Below, piece by piece: positions 9,931 through 19,162 of a stretch of 43,216 nucleotides of DNA. The DNA is taken from UHGV virus genome UHGV-0353264; one strand, written 5' to 3'. Origin of the DNA: a virus. Under the pieces are notes generated by a model that worked only from the letters and a program-made list of their open reading frames with translations, ran no database searches and was not told the origin of the DNA. Each line of letters starts with the position of its first letter. Positions within the stretch are counted from its first letter, which is position 1. The translations under genes were made by a program, and so were the position numbers.

Positions 9931-11232
9931 TCAGATGAGGTCTGCGGTTAGCGTATCGTCGGATACGTCGTCGAAATCATTTACAGGGTTGATATTGAGT
10001 GCGGGGCGTGGGTCTGACTCGGGAACGATGGTGGGTTTACCATCAGCTCGTGTTATCAGTGCCTCGACTTTTGACCAACGGCGCGGACTGGCCTTTTTGA
10101 TAAGTTTTTCGGCTTTTGTGGGGCTAATAAGTTTAAAGTCGAATACTTCTTCAGTTTTGTACCTGAACTGGTCCTTCAGAAGTGCGCGAGCTGCCTCTTC
10201 ATCACTCCAGGCCCGGTTACCTTGTTTTCCTGTTACCAGTTTAAACCCCGGTACCGGATGTCCGGCATTGAGTTCATTGTGAACCCGGTCTCGTACTGCC
10301 TTTAGCCAGGATTCAATAAAGTCGGCCTGGCTATAGATCTCCGCAAGCTGCTCAATGGTTAACAGAGGTACACGTGCGCTGGCATTGGTGATTATTTCGC
10401 TGACAGGCTTTGTCAGATCTTCAAAATCGCTGGCCGCTGTTTGTAAATGCTGCATTTTCTGGGCAGTGCAAATAGCTTTTGCTTTACAGAAGCGGCACTG
10501 TTTTTCTCCAGGTATGAAGTTTTCCAGCGGTAGTGTCTCAATGCCTTCGCATTCAGCAATATTGAGAACAAGGATCGCACTGGTTGCGGCCTCCTGTGCC
10601 CGTTCACCGAACGCCTGGAGCTCTTCCACCGTCAGAGCCCACTCTGAAACGTGGTTAAGCCGCGGCTGGTGGATGAACAGGCGCACCGTCTCGAAGTCGT
10701 ACAGCATGCTGAATTGTTCGAGCGCACCCAGAGCATACAGTTGTAGTTGCTCATTTTGTTCTGCATCAATGCGGACGCCTTTGCCATATTTCAGGTCGTG
10801 GATTTGTAATTCGCTACCAGCAATGATTATGCCGTCGGCAGTTCCGAAAGATTCTTCCACACCCGTTATATGTGAGAAATCAACACGTTGTTCAACCAAT
10901 AGTTCATTATTCTGTGCAAGAGTCCAGACCGTATCAACATACCGGCCAACGGCTTCGACCATTTCATCATCCACCTGTGGGCCGGATGTATCATCAGGAT
11001 TTTCGCGAAGGGGGTATGAGCCGAGAAACATAGAAACATTGCATCCGGCGTAGTGTTCCGGGTGGCTTTGCCTGTTTCGTAGAACTTTTTCAGCAAGCGC
11101 GTGCGCTGCAGTGCCCTCGATTGCAAAAGTTGTTTCTTTATCCGGTTGTGTGGCCTCCAGCGCCAGACTTCCTGGGCAGCGCATCCATCGATGCGCTGAT
11201 GATGGAGAAAGTTGTGCGTGAACGTCTGGCAT
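9931..11232 (-). CDS. PD-(D/E)XK nuclease, DUF2800 / Cas4-like
   Basis: 433 aa; N-terminal [14 protein letters not shown] motif and Cys cluster [10 protein letters not shown] consistent with a Cas4-like Fe-S nuclease. Confidence 0.7.
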   Translation of the reverse strand: MPDVHAQLSPSSAHRWMRCPGSLALEATQPDKETTFAIEGTAAHALAEKVLRNRQSHPEHYAGCNVSMFLGSYPLRENPDDTSGPQVDDEMVEAVGRYVDTVWTLAQNNELLVEQRVDFSHITGVEESFGTADGIIIAGSELQIHDLKYGKGVRIDAEQNEQLQLYALGALEQFSMLYDFETVRLFIHQPRLNHVSEWALTVEELQAFGERAQEAATSAILVLNIAECEGIETLPLENFIPGEKQCRFCKAKAICTAQKMQHLQTAASDFEDLTKPVSEIITNASARVPLLTIEQLAEIYSQADFIESWLKAVRDRVHNELNAGHPVPGFKLVTGKQGNRAWSDEEAARALLKDQFRYKTEEVFDFKLISPTKAEKLIKKASPRRWSKVEALITRADGKPTIVPESDPRPALNINPVNDFDDVSDDTLTADLI

Positions 11233-11234
11233 GA

Positions 11235-12137
11235 TTAACCCTCCAGTGCTTTTTCAGCCAGGGTGATTACTTCAGCGAGATTTTCATCCGTTACTTCACC
11301 AAGTTTCCTGGCTCCCTGTTTTTCCAGAATTGCAATAGCTTCTGCCCGGTAACCCCCTTTTGCTAACTGGAGGATCAACCCTTCAGCTTGTTTGCGTAGT
11401 GCCGCGAAATCAATTGTATGGTCATCTTTGGCGTCATTATTCTGGCTGGAATTTGCTGCGTCTTTGCGTGCAAATTCTTCCTGCAGCTGAAGGTACTCAA
11501 CACGGTTGATCTCGATATGGCCTTTTTTAAGCATCTCGTTCAACTTGCGTAAGGTGTGGAGTTCACTGGCTGCTGTGCCGGATACATTTTTGACGTAAAA
11601 CGGCCCCGTGCGTTCTCCATCTTTGTTACTGGCCTTTTTCGGCTTAACTTCATCACGCCCATCTGCAGGTGCATCAAGTAGCTGCTCGGCAAAAGCACGT
11701 CGCTCGCCGATGGTTGGCAGGTCGTCCCAGAACTTAAGAATGTTACGGGACAGGTCCAGGAGAGCAGGTTTAAGCAGCGCCCTGGCTCGTTTGACGCCCT
11801 GTAATGCGCTGTCGAGAGCATCAATCTGAACTACTCGTTTATCGCCTTCAGCATCACGGTAGGCAACAGCACGTTGCAGCATGTCTTCTGTGATAGGGGT
11901 GGCTACCGGGTAGAAACCAGCCAGTGCGATAACGTCGCTGAACTCCAGATCATCCAGTGTCATTGCCGCTGACATGTTTTCAGCTTCAGTTGCTGTATCC
12001 CGACATTCCTGCACTCGTGAAATCGTGTCAGGATGCATAACAATACCTGATGCCATTGTGCGGATAAGACGTTCAAGCAGCGCATTATGTTGTGCCAGAA
12101 GTTGATTATTAAGTTCGAGACTGGTTTCTAAACTCAT
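11235..12137 (-). CDS. Hypothetical acidic phage early protein
   Basis: 300 aa ORF in operon with replication genes; no recognisable motif. Confidence 0.55.
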   Translation of the reverse strand: MSLETSLELNNQLLAQHNALLERLIRTMASGIVMHPDTISRVQECRDTATEAENMSAAMTLDDLEFSDVIALAGFYPVATPITEDMLQRAVAYRDAEGDKRVVQIDALDSALQGVKRARALLKPALLDLSRNILKFWDDLPTIGERRAFAEQLLDAPADGRDEVKPKKASNKDGERTGPFYVKNVSGTAASELHTLRKLNEMLKKGHIEINRVEYLQLQEEFARKDAANSSQNNDAKDDHTIDFAALRKQAEGLILQLAKGGYRAEAIAILEKQGARKLGEVTDENLAEVITLAEKALEG

Positions 12138-12283
12138 ACTGTGGTCCTCGCTACAAGGAGAATGAAAGTGATGATCAGACCGAGCGCAGTGGCAACGGCC
12201 AGACCGGTCATCAAATCGAAGTTTTTACGGCGATAACGGAGAACATCGCGCCCCGTCAGTCGATGGATGTGTTCAGGTTTCAT
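12134..12283 (-). CDS. Small Arg-rich protein with C-terminal transmembrane helix (first gene of leftward operon)
   Basis: 49 aa ([49 protein letters not shown]); AAGGA RBS 9-13 nt upstream; ATGA overlap with the next gene. Not in the supplied ORF track (under 60 aa). Confidence 0.4.
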   Translation of the reverse strand: MKPEHIHRLTGRDVLRYRRKNFDLMTGLAVATALGLIITFILLVARTTV

Positions 12284-12496
12284 CGGTTGTATTCCTTTTT
12301 TCATATCGGGGAGCGCGCTGTTGCGAGTGCGCTTTCAGACATAAAAAAGCCCGTCACTTGAGGCGGGCAAAGGCTACACACAGCAATTACATGGATGTCA
12401 GTTTTAACCACGTCAGACGAGATGGCTCTCTCTGTACCCCTACAGCGAGAACTCGGCTAATATCTCTTTACCCCTATAGTTTTAGAGAGAATTAAG

Positions 12497-13021
12497 ATGT
12501 CTGAAGAAAAAGGACTTGTACGGCGTATAACTGAGGCGGCCACTAGTGCTGGTGGTGCTTTGAAAGGTGCTGTTGATTTAGCAAAAGAAGTTAATGCGTT
12601 GCAGGTGGATTACAATGTTAAAAGTAAAACTATCGATCTACTTGATAAACTAATTGATGCGCGTACTGGACAATTCGCACTAACGGAGCTTTTGAACGAA
12701 GCTAAACAGCGCATTGTTGAACTCGAATCCCTTCTGGAAAAGAAACAGGATTGGGATAGTGAGAAAATGAACTATGAAATGTACCACCCGATTACCAATA
12801 CGGTGGTCTATGTACTGAAGCCTACTGACGATCCTGAGTTCAAGCCTCATTATCTTTGTACTACATGCTATGAGTCGGGTATGAAGTCTATACTTCAATA
12901 CCATACTTCTAATGCCGCTTATAAAATTCTCAAGTGTCATAAATGCTCCGCTGAATATAAATTTCCCCGAAATATAGAAGTCAGTGGCAAAATTCCTGCA
13001 CCGTTACAACCTGCCAGATGA
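12497..13021 (+). CDS. Coiled-coil protein with C-terminal Cys4 zinc ribbon, unknown function
   Basis: 174 aa; CTTC...CHKC pairs; AT-rich; lies between the early operon start and the repressor gene, convergent with the repressor. Confidence 0.5.
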   Translation: MSEEKGLVRRITEAATSAGGALKGAVDLAKEVNALQVDYNVKSKTIDLLDKLIDARTGQFALTELLNEAKQRIVELESLLEKKQDWDSEKMNYEMYHPITNTVVYVLKPTDDPEFKPHYLCTTCYESGMKSILQYHTSNAAYKILKCHKCSAEYKFPRNIEVSGKIPAPLQPAR

Positions 13022-13373
13022 TTAGCAGTTCTCTTTGGTGGTGGTGTAGTGGTAGATGCTGAACTTCGGATTGACTCAATGGACTGATCTTCACCCCACC
13101 CCAAAAGGAACTAAGCGCCCCATCGTCGGGGCGTTTCAACTTGCGTGACTTATCAGTTTGTCGCGGTGTTGTCCTCTACGCTTACCGTACGCATACGGAC
13201 TCGGCGCTTACCTCGATCCCATCGGGTGCTATTTCGTTTTGCCAGGAGTACTGCGGCTTACCTGTCACGCGGTTCAGTTTGTTAAAGAGCCAGTATTAAA
13301 AAACGCATTAATTATGCGATATCGTATTTATATGCGTTATGGGATTTTTGTGTCAATACGAAAATGAATTATT

Positions 13374-13410
13374 TTGCAAATAAGAAAACCGCCCTTGTGG
13401 AGAGCGGTTT
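13374..13410 (-). terminator. Rho-independent terminator of the repressor gene
   Basis: Minus strand aaaccgc-tctccacaagg-gcggttt followed by tcttatttg, 30 nt downstream of the repressor stop. Confidence 0.6.
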
Positions 13411-13440
13411 GATCAGAAGTAAGTTATCAGACTGTAAAGG

Positions 13441-14115
13441 TTAGTACATACGTAGCGCGGATTTGGCGATCCCCGCCACGTAATGGATTTTTTCAATGTT
13501 TTCGCGTGGTACTCTGACTGGTGGATGATCTTCATTTACAGACATTAGATGGAACAGGCCATCGCGTTCGAACAAGAAGGTTTTAACCATGACCTCACCG
13601 TCCCGGGTAACCACAAGTACTTCATCACCAGGAGTGTAGTCGTGGTTGGGTTCGACGATTACGAACTCCCCCTCTTTGATTCTAGGCATCATTGAATCAC
13701 CAACACATTTCAGGGCGTATGCATCTTCATCCTTTGTCGGCCAGTATATGAAACCATCACTGCTACCTACTGAATATTGGGTGTCGCTCCAAAGTCCTCC
13801 AACGCCTAGCTGAGTGTTTCCCAAAACAGGTACTTTATTAAACCTAAGAGAAATATACGTTTTTATACCTGTCGCGTCCTCTTTCTCCATTTCTTGAAGG
13901 CTCCTTTCTGCCAAGTCTATTGGTGACACGTGGAAGTAGTTGGCGATCTGCTTTAACGTTGCGTATTTCGGATCTTTCACCTCTCCTGATACCAGCCTGT
14001 GTAGCGTTGGTTGGTTCAGCTGTAACCGACGTGCCAGCTCAGTTATCGAGCTTATCTTGGCTTTGTCCATCAGGTACTTGATGTTTTGAGAAAGGATATC
14101 GGTAGTATCAATCAT
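13441..14115 (-). CDS. CI-like repressor (XRE HTH plus S24 LexA-like peptidase domain)
   Basis: 224 aa; N-terminal HTH (SSITELARRLQLNQPTLHRL), C-terminal GDSMMPRIKEGEFVIV and catalytic Lys context typical of autocleaving repressors. Confidence 0.9.
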   Translation of the reverse strand: MIDTTDILSQNIKYLMDKAKISSITELARRLQLNQPTLHRLVSGEVKDPKYATLKQIANYFHVSPIDLAERSLQEMEKEDATGIKTYISLRFNKVPVLGNTQLGVGGLWSDTQYSVGSSDGFIYWPTKDEDAYALKCVGDSMMPRIKEGEFVIVEPNHDYTPGDEVLVVTRDGEVMVKTFLFERDGLFHLMSVNEDHPPVRVPRENIEKIHYVAGIAKSALRMY

Positions 14116-14256
14116 TTGGATTCATCCATGTTGTATACAGGGACGGTGATTATGCGTTATCGGATATTTTAATCTAGGATGACATAGAATTGCTGTATTG
14201 CTGAGTAATCCGTTTTCGTATAAATTTGCGCTATAGACGAAAGTGGAGACTTAAAT

Positions 14257-14457
14257 ATGTCCGGACTAACACCACAAGAGATGGTCAAAAGCTTGATTGA
14301 TTCAGGGTATACCCAAAACCAAATTGCCGAAATTGCAGGCGTGAAGCAGTCTTCTATTAGTCGGCTTCTTACCGGGGTTCATTCTGACCCTCGCTTTTCT
14401 ACAGTACGTGCGATAGAAAAACTTTTTCAGGAAGTGACAGCTAGACAAAAGGTGTAA
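14257..14457 (+). CDS. Cro-like HTH regulator
   Basis: 66 aa, HTH YTQNQIAEIAGVKQSSISRL; divergent from the repressor across a 141-bp operator region. Confidence 0.7.
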   Translation: MSGLTPQEMVKSLIDSGYTQNQIAEIAGVKQSSISRLLTGVHSDPRFSTVRAIEKLFQEVTARQKV

Positions 14458-14460
14458 CCC

Positions 14461-16647
14461 ATGTCCGATAGCAAACCATGGGGCGCTACGCCTGATGAGT
14501 GGTTTCATTTCGACCTGGTATTGGGGCGGACTGCTCATCTTCTCCCAGTTGTATGTAACCCCAGTGCGACCATATCCCCTGATAGTAAATTGAAAGCGTT
14601 GGGTAAGACGCCGAGTCGCTATAACCGGGACCGCCAGGTCACCGGTATTGCTCAATGGACCGGGCATGTTGTTACTGAGCATGATTTTGCCCGCTGGTCG
14701 AATGAACCGGATTATGGCATCTGCGTGCGTACAGGCCATGGCTGGCTGGCGCTGGACTGCGATAGCGAAGATGAAGACATTCAGGCAGATATTCGCAAAA
14801 CGCTTGTGCAACTTCTGGGGGAGTTGCCGCCGCGACGCTGGCGAGCAAACAGTAATAAGTGTCTGTATCTGCTGGCCGTTGATGGTGATTTCCGTAAGCG
14901 TATCCATCGCCTGGCGGGGGATATGGGCATTATCGAGTTGCTGGCGAACGGGCAGCAGTTCGTTGCCTGTGGTACGCACAGCAGCGGCGCGCGTATTGAA
15001 TGGGACGGTGGTTTGCCGGATGAACCTCCGGCTATTACAGGTGAGCAGCTTGAAACGCTGTGGCAGCGCCTGGCTGAACAACTCCCTGTGTCGGTAACCA
15101 CCGAAGCGGGCAACACGAAGATGCGCGACCGTTCAGCATTCACGCCCGGCGCGACGGATGATACAGCTGAATATCTTGATGCCAATGGCTGGACGCTGCT
15201 GGATGGCGCAAACGGTGAACGATATATCCGCTGTCCGTTTGAAGACGGCCACAGTAGCGGAGGCGATCCAACAAGCACAGTTTATTTTCCTGCGGGAACC
15301 GCAGGCTTTGAGCAGGGGCATTTTAAATGCCTGCATGCCAGTTGCGCGCATCGTGATGACGGAGATTTCCTGAATGCCATCGGGATCCGCAACGACGATT
15401 TCGAAGATCTGACCAGCATCGAAGTGGCGGAACCTTTACCGCTGCCTGCTTTCGAGCGTGATAAATGGGGGCGTATCGAGGCAACCATCAGCAACGCAGC
15501 CAAAGCAGTAGTACGCCCTGATTTTGTGGACATCGATATTCGCTTTGACCAGTTCCGCGACGAAATCATGTTTGCCCCGGCAGGATCCGGACAATGGCGG
15601 GCATTCACCGATGCGGATTATGCGCGCCTGCGCATCACGATGGAAAAGCGGGGATTTAAACCTGTTGGCCGTGAACTTATTCGCGATGTGGTGTTACTTG
15701 CAGCCGATGAACAACCATTCGATTCAGCGATCACCTGGCTGAACGGACTGGAGTGGGATGGCGTGCCGCGCATCGAATGTTTCTACCATACGCACTTCGG
15801 TACCGCCGACACGCCTTATACCCGTGCGGTGTCTATGTACATGTGGACCGCGTTGGCGGGGCGAGTACTGGAGCCAGGCATCAAAGCGGATATGGTGCCG
15901 ATCCTCGTTGGTCCGCAGGGCTGCGGTAAGTCTTCCGGAGTGGAGGCACTGAGCCCTGATCCTGCGTTTTTTACTGAAATCTCTTTTGCCGAAAAAGACG
16001 ATGATCTCGCTCGAAAAATGCGTGGTCGGCTGGTGGCAGAGATTGGTGAACTGCGCGGACTTAATACCAAAGAGCTGGAGTCAATCAAAGCGTTTGTGAC
16101 GCGTACTCACGAAAACTGGATCCCGAAATACCGGGAGTTCGCCACCCAGTTTCCTCGTCGCCTGGTGTTCGTTGGTACCACCAATGAGGACGAATTCCTT
16201 GCGGACAAGACTGGTAACCGTCGCTGGCTCCCCGTGGAAGTGTCGAAAGTCGACGTGAAAGCGATAAAAAGAGATCTCCTTTTACTTTGGGCTGAGGCTC
16301 GTGAGGTGTTTCAGCGTCTGGGGGGTATCCAGTTCCGTGAGGCTGAACAACTGGCAGCGAGTGTCCATGAACAGTACACCATCAAGGATGCTTGGCTTGA
16401 AACGGTAGAGAAATGGCTCGACACGCCCGACCTGATGACTAATGAACTTCCGCGAAATTGCGAATTTTTACGCGCAAGTGATGTTTTGCGTGATGCGATT
16501 GGGCTAAATCCTGACCGCATCGGAAAACGCGAAGAAATGCGAATTAGTAATGTTTTGCAAAATTGCGGGTATAAGCGTGCCCAAAGGCGAATTAGGGGGA
16601 AAAAATGCAAGGTTTGGGAACCGCTGGAACCACGCGGAACCACCTAA
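14461..16647 (+). CDS. DNA primase-helicase (PrimPol N-terminal domain, zinc-binding region, VirE/D5-like P-loop NTPase)
   Basis: 728 aa; GICVRTGHGWLALDCD PrimPol-like motif, Cys/His cluster CPFEDGH...HFKCLHASCAH, Walker A GPQGCGKSS. Confidence 0.85.
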   Translation: MSDSKPWGATPDEWFHFDLVLGRTAHLLPVVCNPSATISPDSKLKALGKTPSRYNRDRQVTGIAQWTGHVVTEHDFARWSNEPDYGICVRTGHGWLALDCDSEDEDIQADIRKTLVQLLGELPPRRWRANSNKCLYLLAVDGDFRKRIHRLAGDMGIIELLANGQQFVACGTHSSGARIEWDGGLPDEPPAITGEQLETLWQRLAEQLPVSVTTEAGNTKMRDRSAFTPGATDDTAEYLDANGWTLLDGANGERYIRCPFEDGHSSGGDPTSTVYFPAGTAGFEQGHFKCLHASCAHRDDGDFLNAIGIRNDDFEDLTSIEVAEPLPLPAFERDKWGRIEATISNAAKAVVRPDFVDIDIRFDQFRDEIMFAPAGSGQWRAFTDADYARLRITMEKRGFKPVGRELIRDVVLLAADEQPFDSAITWLNGLEWDGVPRIECFYHTHFGTADTPYTRAVSMYMWTALAGRVLEPGIKADMVPILVGPQGCGKSSGVEALSPDPAFFTEISFAEKDDDLARKMRGRLVAEIGELRGLNTKELESIKAFVTRTHENWIPKYREFATQFPRRLVFVGTTNEDEFLADKTGNRRWLPVEVSKVDVKAIKRDLLLLWAEAREVFQRLGGIQFREAEQLAASVHEQYTIKDAWLETVEKWLDTPDLMTNELPRNCEFLRASDVLRDAIGLNPDRIGKREEMRISNVLQNCGYKRAQRRIRGKKCKVWEPLEPRGTT

Positions 16648-16802
16648 AAGAGAAGGTGGTTCCACCTTGCAGACCTTGTGGCAAGCGGGGCGGAACTACT
16701 GGAACCACTGGAACCGCCTTTCTACTAGAAACCCCATATATATATAAGTCGATTGAGGGAAAGGTTAGGAAAAGGTGGTTCCAGGTGGGGGCAGGTGGTT
16801 CC
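16617..16802. repeat. Iteron array, at least 9 copies of GGAACC(A/G)C in both orientations, flanking an AT-rich segment (candidate replication origin)
   Basis: Direct copies at 16617, 16627, 16637, 16692, 16701, 16710; inverted GGTGGTTCC at 16655, 16774, 16794; AT-rich stretch with (TA)5 at 16731-16758. Overlaps the primase 3' end. Confidence 0.55.
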
Positions 16803-16860
16803 ACTCCGAATTAGCAACTTTTTGCATGTTGATACATGCAATATGCGGATCGGAACTGCG

Positions 16861-16869
16861 TTATCCACA
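16861..16869 (+). promoter_or_regulatory. DnaA box TTATCCACA
   Basis: Perfect match to consensus TTATNCACA, about 60 bp downstream of the iteron array. Confidence 0.45.
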
Positions 16870-16933
16870 CCCACGGATAAACAGACGTAGTTCTCAGAAA
16901 AATTTTTCGTAGCAAAACGTAGAGGTCAGAGCT

Positions 16934-17368
16934 ATGCGTAATATTCAACAGGTTTTAGAGCGCTGGGGTGGATGGGCTGCCGATAGCAACACCACAGTGA
17001 GCTGGGCTCCAATAGCGGCGGGATTTAAAGGGCTGGTAGTCAGCAGCTCGCCTGGCAGGCTGAGTTGCTGTGACGACGATGGCCTGATTATCGATGCTTG
17101 CGTCTGTCGGCTGCAGCAGGTCCGTAAGCCTGAGGAACTGGACGTCATTATGCTGTACTACGTCTACGGGGTAAGCAAACGTGAGATAGGGCGGCGGCGT
17201 CGCTGTTCTGAAGGATTTATCCGCCAGCAGTTGCAGGTAGCAGAGGGATTCATTGAGGGGTGTCTCTGCATGCTGGGTGTGAGCCTTCAGATGGATCCTG
17301 AGGTCGAAATTCAAAGGGATGAAAAAAGTATTAGTGCGCTACGCAAAAACTGCGCTACGCTGGTATGA
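16934..17368 (+). CDS. Q: Late gene antiterminator Q (phage 82 Q-like family)
   Basis: 144 aa; N-terminus LERWGGWAAD and Cys cluster CCDDD...CVC resemble Q82-type antiterminators as recalled; followed by a terminator and the lysis genes. Confidence 0.7.
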   Translation: MRNIQQVLERWGGWAADSNTTVSWAPIAAGFKGLVVSSSPGRLSCCDDDGLIIDACVCRLQQVRKPEELDVIMLYYVYGVSKREIGRRRRCSEGFIRQQLQVAEGFIEGCLCMLGVSLQMDPEVEIQRDEKSISALRKNCATLV

Positions 17369-17647
17369 GTTGAATTTCTGACCTCAACGAAGAGCTCCAA
17401 ATCATTGGGGCTTTTTTAATGCTCTATTCTCAGTAAAAGTTAATAAAACAGGGTTTTCGTCGCGAAAAAACGCTATGCAGTTTTTGCCCTTTTTTATGCA
17501 CCTCTTATTCACTCGAATTTCGTCATTCTGGACCACTTAAGTTGATTAAATAGGCCTTTCATCGCAAATCTATTGCGAGCGGTGATCGTGTGGTTCCTAT
17601 AACGTACATTATGTTAAATAACCTTCTTTTTTAACAAATTTAACAAG

Positions 17648-17670
17648 GTTCGCTATGGCGAACTTTTTTT
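17648..17670 (+). terminator. Rho-independent terminator (tR'-like) between Q and the lysis genes
   Basis: Stem gttcgc/gcgaac, loop tatg, then T7 tract. Confidence 0.65.
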
Positions 17671-17771
17671 GTATTCAGGGCCCACCGAAGGACGGCTCAT
17701 AACCCAATCCTGCGGGCGTATACGCAGGGCCCGCCTTTCAACAACACCCCGTAATGGCGGAGGTGGGAAGT

Positions 17772-18113
17772 ATGAAAATGCACAATGCTCCTCATTCCTG
17801 GCCTGACTTACTGGAACTCTTACAAAGTTGGTGGCGTGGAGATACGCCGTTGGGCGCAGTGGTTATGTCAATTGTTATGGCTGGCTTGCGCATTGCCTAT
17901 TTTGGCGGTGGCGGCGGCTGGAAACGAAAAACGCTTGAGATTTTGCTCTGTGGTGCTCTGACGCTGACCTTTGCATCCGCTCTTGAGTATGTTGGATGGC
18001 CTAAATCTCTTTCTGTTGCCATTGGTGGTGGTGTTGGGCTGATCGGTGTCGATGCTATTCGTGGGGCTGCAATGCGAGTAATCGGTAACAAGTTTGGTGG
18101 CTCTAAGGAGTAA
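17772..18113 (+). CDS. S: Class I holin, lambda S-like, with dual-start motif
   Basis: Transmembrane architecture and C-terminal charged tail resemble lambda S; strong RBS ggaggtggg precedes ATG-AAA-ATG (MKM) at 17772; an in-frame upstream ATG at 17754 is also possible. Confidence 0.8.
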   Translation: MKMHNAPHSWPDLLELLQSWWRGDTPLGAVVMSIVMAGLRIAYFGGGGGWKRKTLEILLCGALTLTFASALEYVGWPKSLSVAIGGGVGLIGVDAIRGAAMRVIGNKFGGSKE

Positions 18114-18116
18114 TTC

Positions 18117-18593
18117 ATGCAGACACTAAATTCCCAACGTAAAGCTTTCCTGGATATGGTGGCATGGTCAGAAGGAACGGATAACGGGCGACAACCGACA
18201 CGTAATCACGGTTATGACGTTATCGTCGGAGGTGAGTTGTTCACTGATTACTCCGATCACCCTCGCAAACTTGTCACTCTAAACCCGAAGCTTAAATCAA
18301 CAGCCGCAGGCCGGTATCAGCTTCTTTCACGCTGGTGGGATGCCTACCGCAAGCAGCTTGGCCTGAAAGATTTTTCGCCAGAAAGTCAGGACGCTGTGGC
18401 GCTGCAGCAGATTAAAGAGCGTGGCGCTTTACCGATGATTGACCGTGGCGATATTCGTCAGGCAATCGACCGTTGCAGCAATATCTGGGCGTCGTTACCT
18501 GGTGCAGGTTACGGTCAGTATGAACATAAAATCGGTGACCTGATTTCCAGGTTTAAAGATGCTGGTGGGGTGGTAAATGAAGCTGACTTATAA
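18117..18593 (+). CDS. R: Endolysin, lambda R-type lytic transglycosylase
   Basis: 158 aa nearly identical over most of its length to lambda R as recalled (QRKAFLDM.AWSEGTDNGRQ.TRNHGYDVIVGGELFTDYSDHPRKLVTLNPKLKST). Confidence 0.93.
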   Translation: MQTLNSQRKAFLDMVAWSEGTDNGRQPTRNHGYDVIVGGELFTDYSDHPRKLVTLNPKLKSTAAGRYQLLSRWWDAYRKQLGLKDFSPESQDAVALQQIKERGALPMIDRGDIRQAIDRCSNIWASLPGAGYGQYEHKIGDLISRFKDAGGVVNEADL

Positions 18594-19101
18594 GATTGTC
18601 ATCGCGGCATTTTTCTTCTCTGCCTTTGGGGCGCTCGTCTGGTCTGCAAACCATTACCACAGCAAGTATCAGGCAGAAAAGTTGCGGGCTGATAAAGCGG
18701 AAGGTGAAGCTGAATATCAAGGGAAAGTGATAGCTAATCAGGCATTAAACTTCAATCGTTTTAACCAGATAGCAGAAAACGCAAGCCGATTAAATTCTCT
18801 GGTCGACATCGGTCACGAGAAGACAGTCATCAAATACCGTGAGGTTCTGCTCCGTGAAAAGAACTGTGATTTCCCTGTTCCTGTTGATATTGCTGTCGGG
18901 TTGCTCAACTACGCGAACCGTTTACGCGCCAGCGCATTGCACGCCGATTCCGGGGACATTGACTCAGCCGGTGATCGTGCCACTACCACCAGAACGTTGA
19001 CATATTGCCAGGCTGTTCTGTGGATTAACCCACTGTTGGCAGCCATCGAGAAGGCGAATAACCAGTTGGCTGGTGTCCGACAAATAGAACAGTCCCGGTA
19101 A
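18577..19101 (+). CDS. Rz: i-spanin (Rz-like)
   Basis: 174 aa; N-terminal TM helix, WSANHY motif similar to lambda Rz WAVNHY, coiled-coil periplasmic domain; overlaps R stop. Confidence 0.7.
   Translation: MKLTYKIVIAAFFFSAFGALVWSANHYHSKYQAEKLRADKAEGEAEYQGKVIANQALNFNRFNQIAENASRLNSLVDIGHEKTVIKYREVLLREKNCDFPVPVDIAVGLLNYANRLRASALHADSGDIDSAGDRATTTRTLTYCQAVLWINPLLAAIEKANNQLAGVRQIEQSR
18854..19000 (+). CDS. Rz1: o-spanin (Rz1-like lipoprotein) embedded in Rz in the +1 frame
   Basis: GTG start; translation VKRTVISLFLLILLSGCSTTRTVYAPAHCTPIPGTLTQPVIVPLPPER with lipobox LLSGC and Pro-rich C-terminus. Not in the ORF track (under 60 aa). Confidence 0.55.
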   Translation: MKRTVISLFLLILLSGCSTTRTVYAPAHCTPIPGTLTQPVIVPLPPER

Positions 19102-19162
19102 TAGCATTACAGAAGCTCTTCCAGGAGGGGCTTCGATAATGACCTGATAACTGGAAAATAAA

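Noticed and set aside
13158-13367. 69-aa ORF in the gap between the zinc-ribbon gene and the repressor
   Set aside because: Cys/Arg-rich low-complexity translation with no RBS; the region is better explained as structured non-coding DNA with repeats and palindromes.
16617-16802. Short direct repeats that might be taken for a CRISPR array
   Set aside because: Repeats are 8-9 bp, occur in both orientations with irregular spacing and overlap a gene end; this fits iterons, not CRISPR.
17391-17415. Hairpin with T-tract (ccaaatcattgggg-cttttttaatg) just after the Q gene
   Set aside because: Stem is only 4-5 bp; the stronger terminator at 17648-17670 is the more likely functional tR'.
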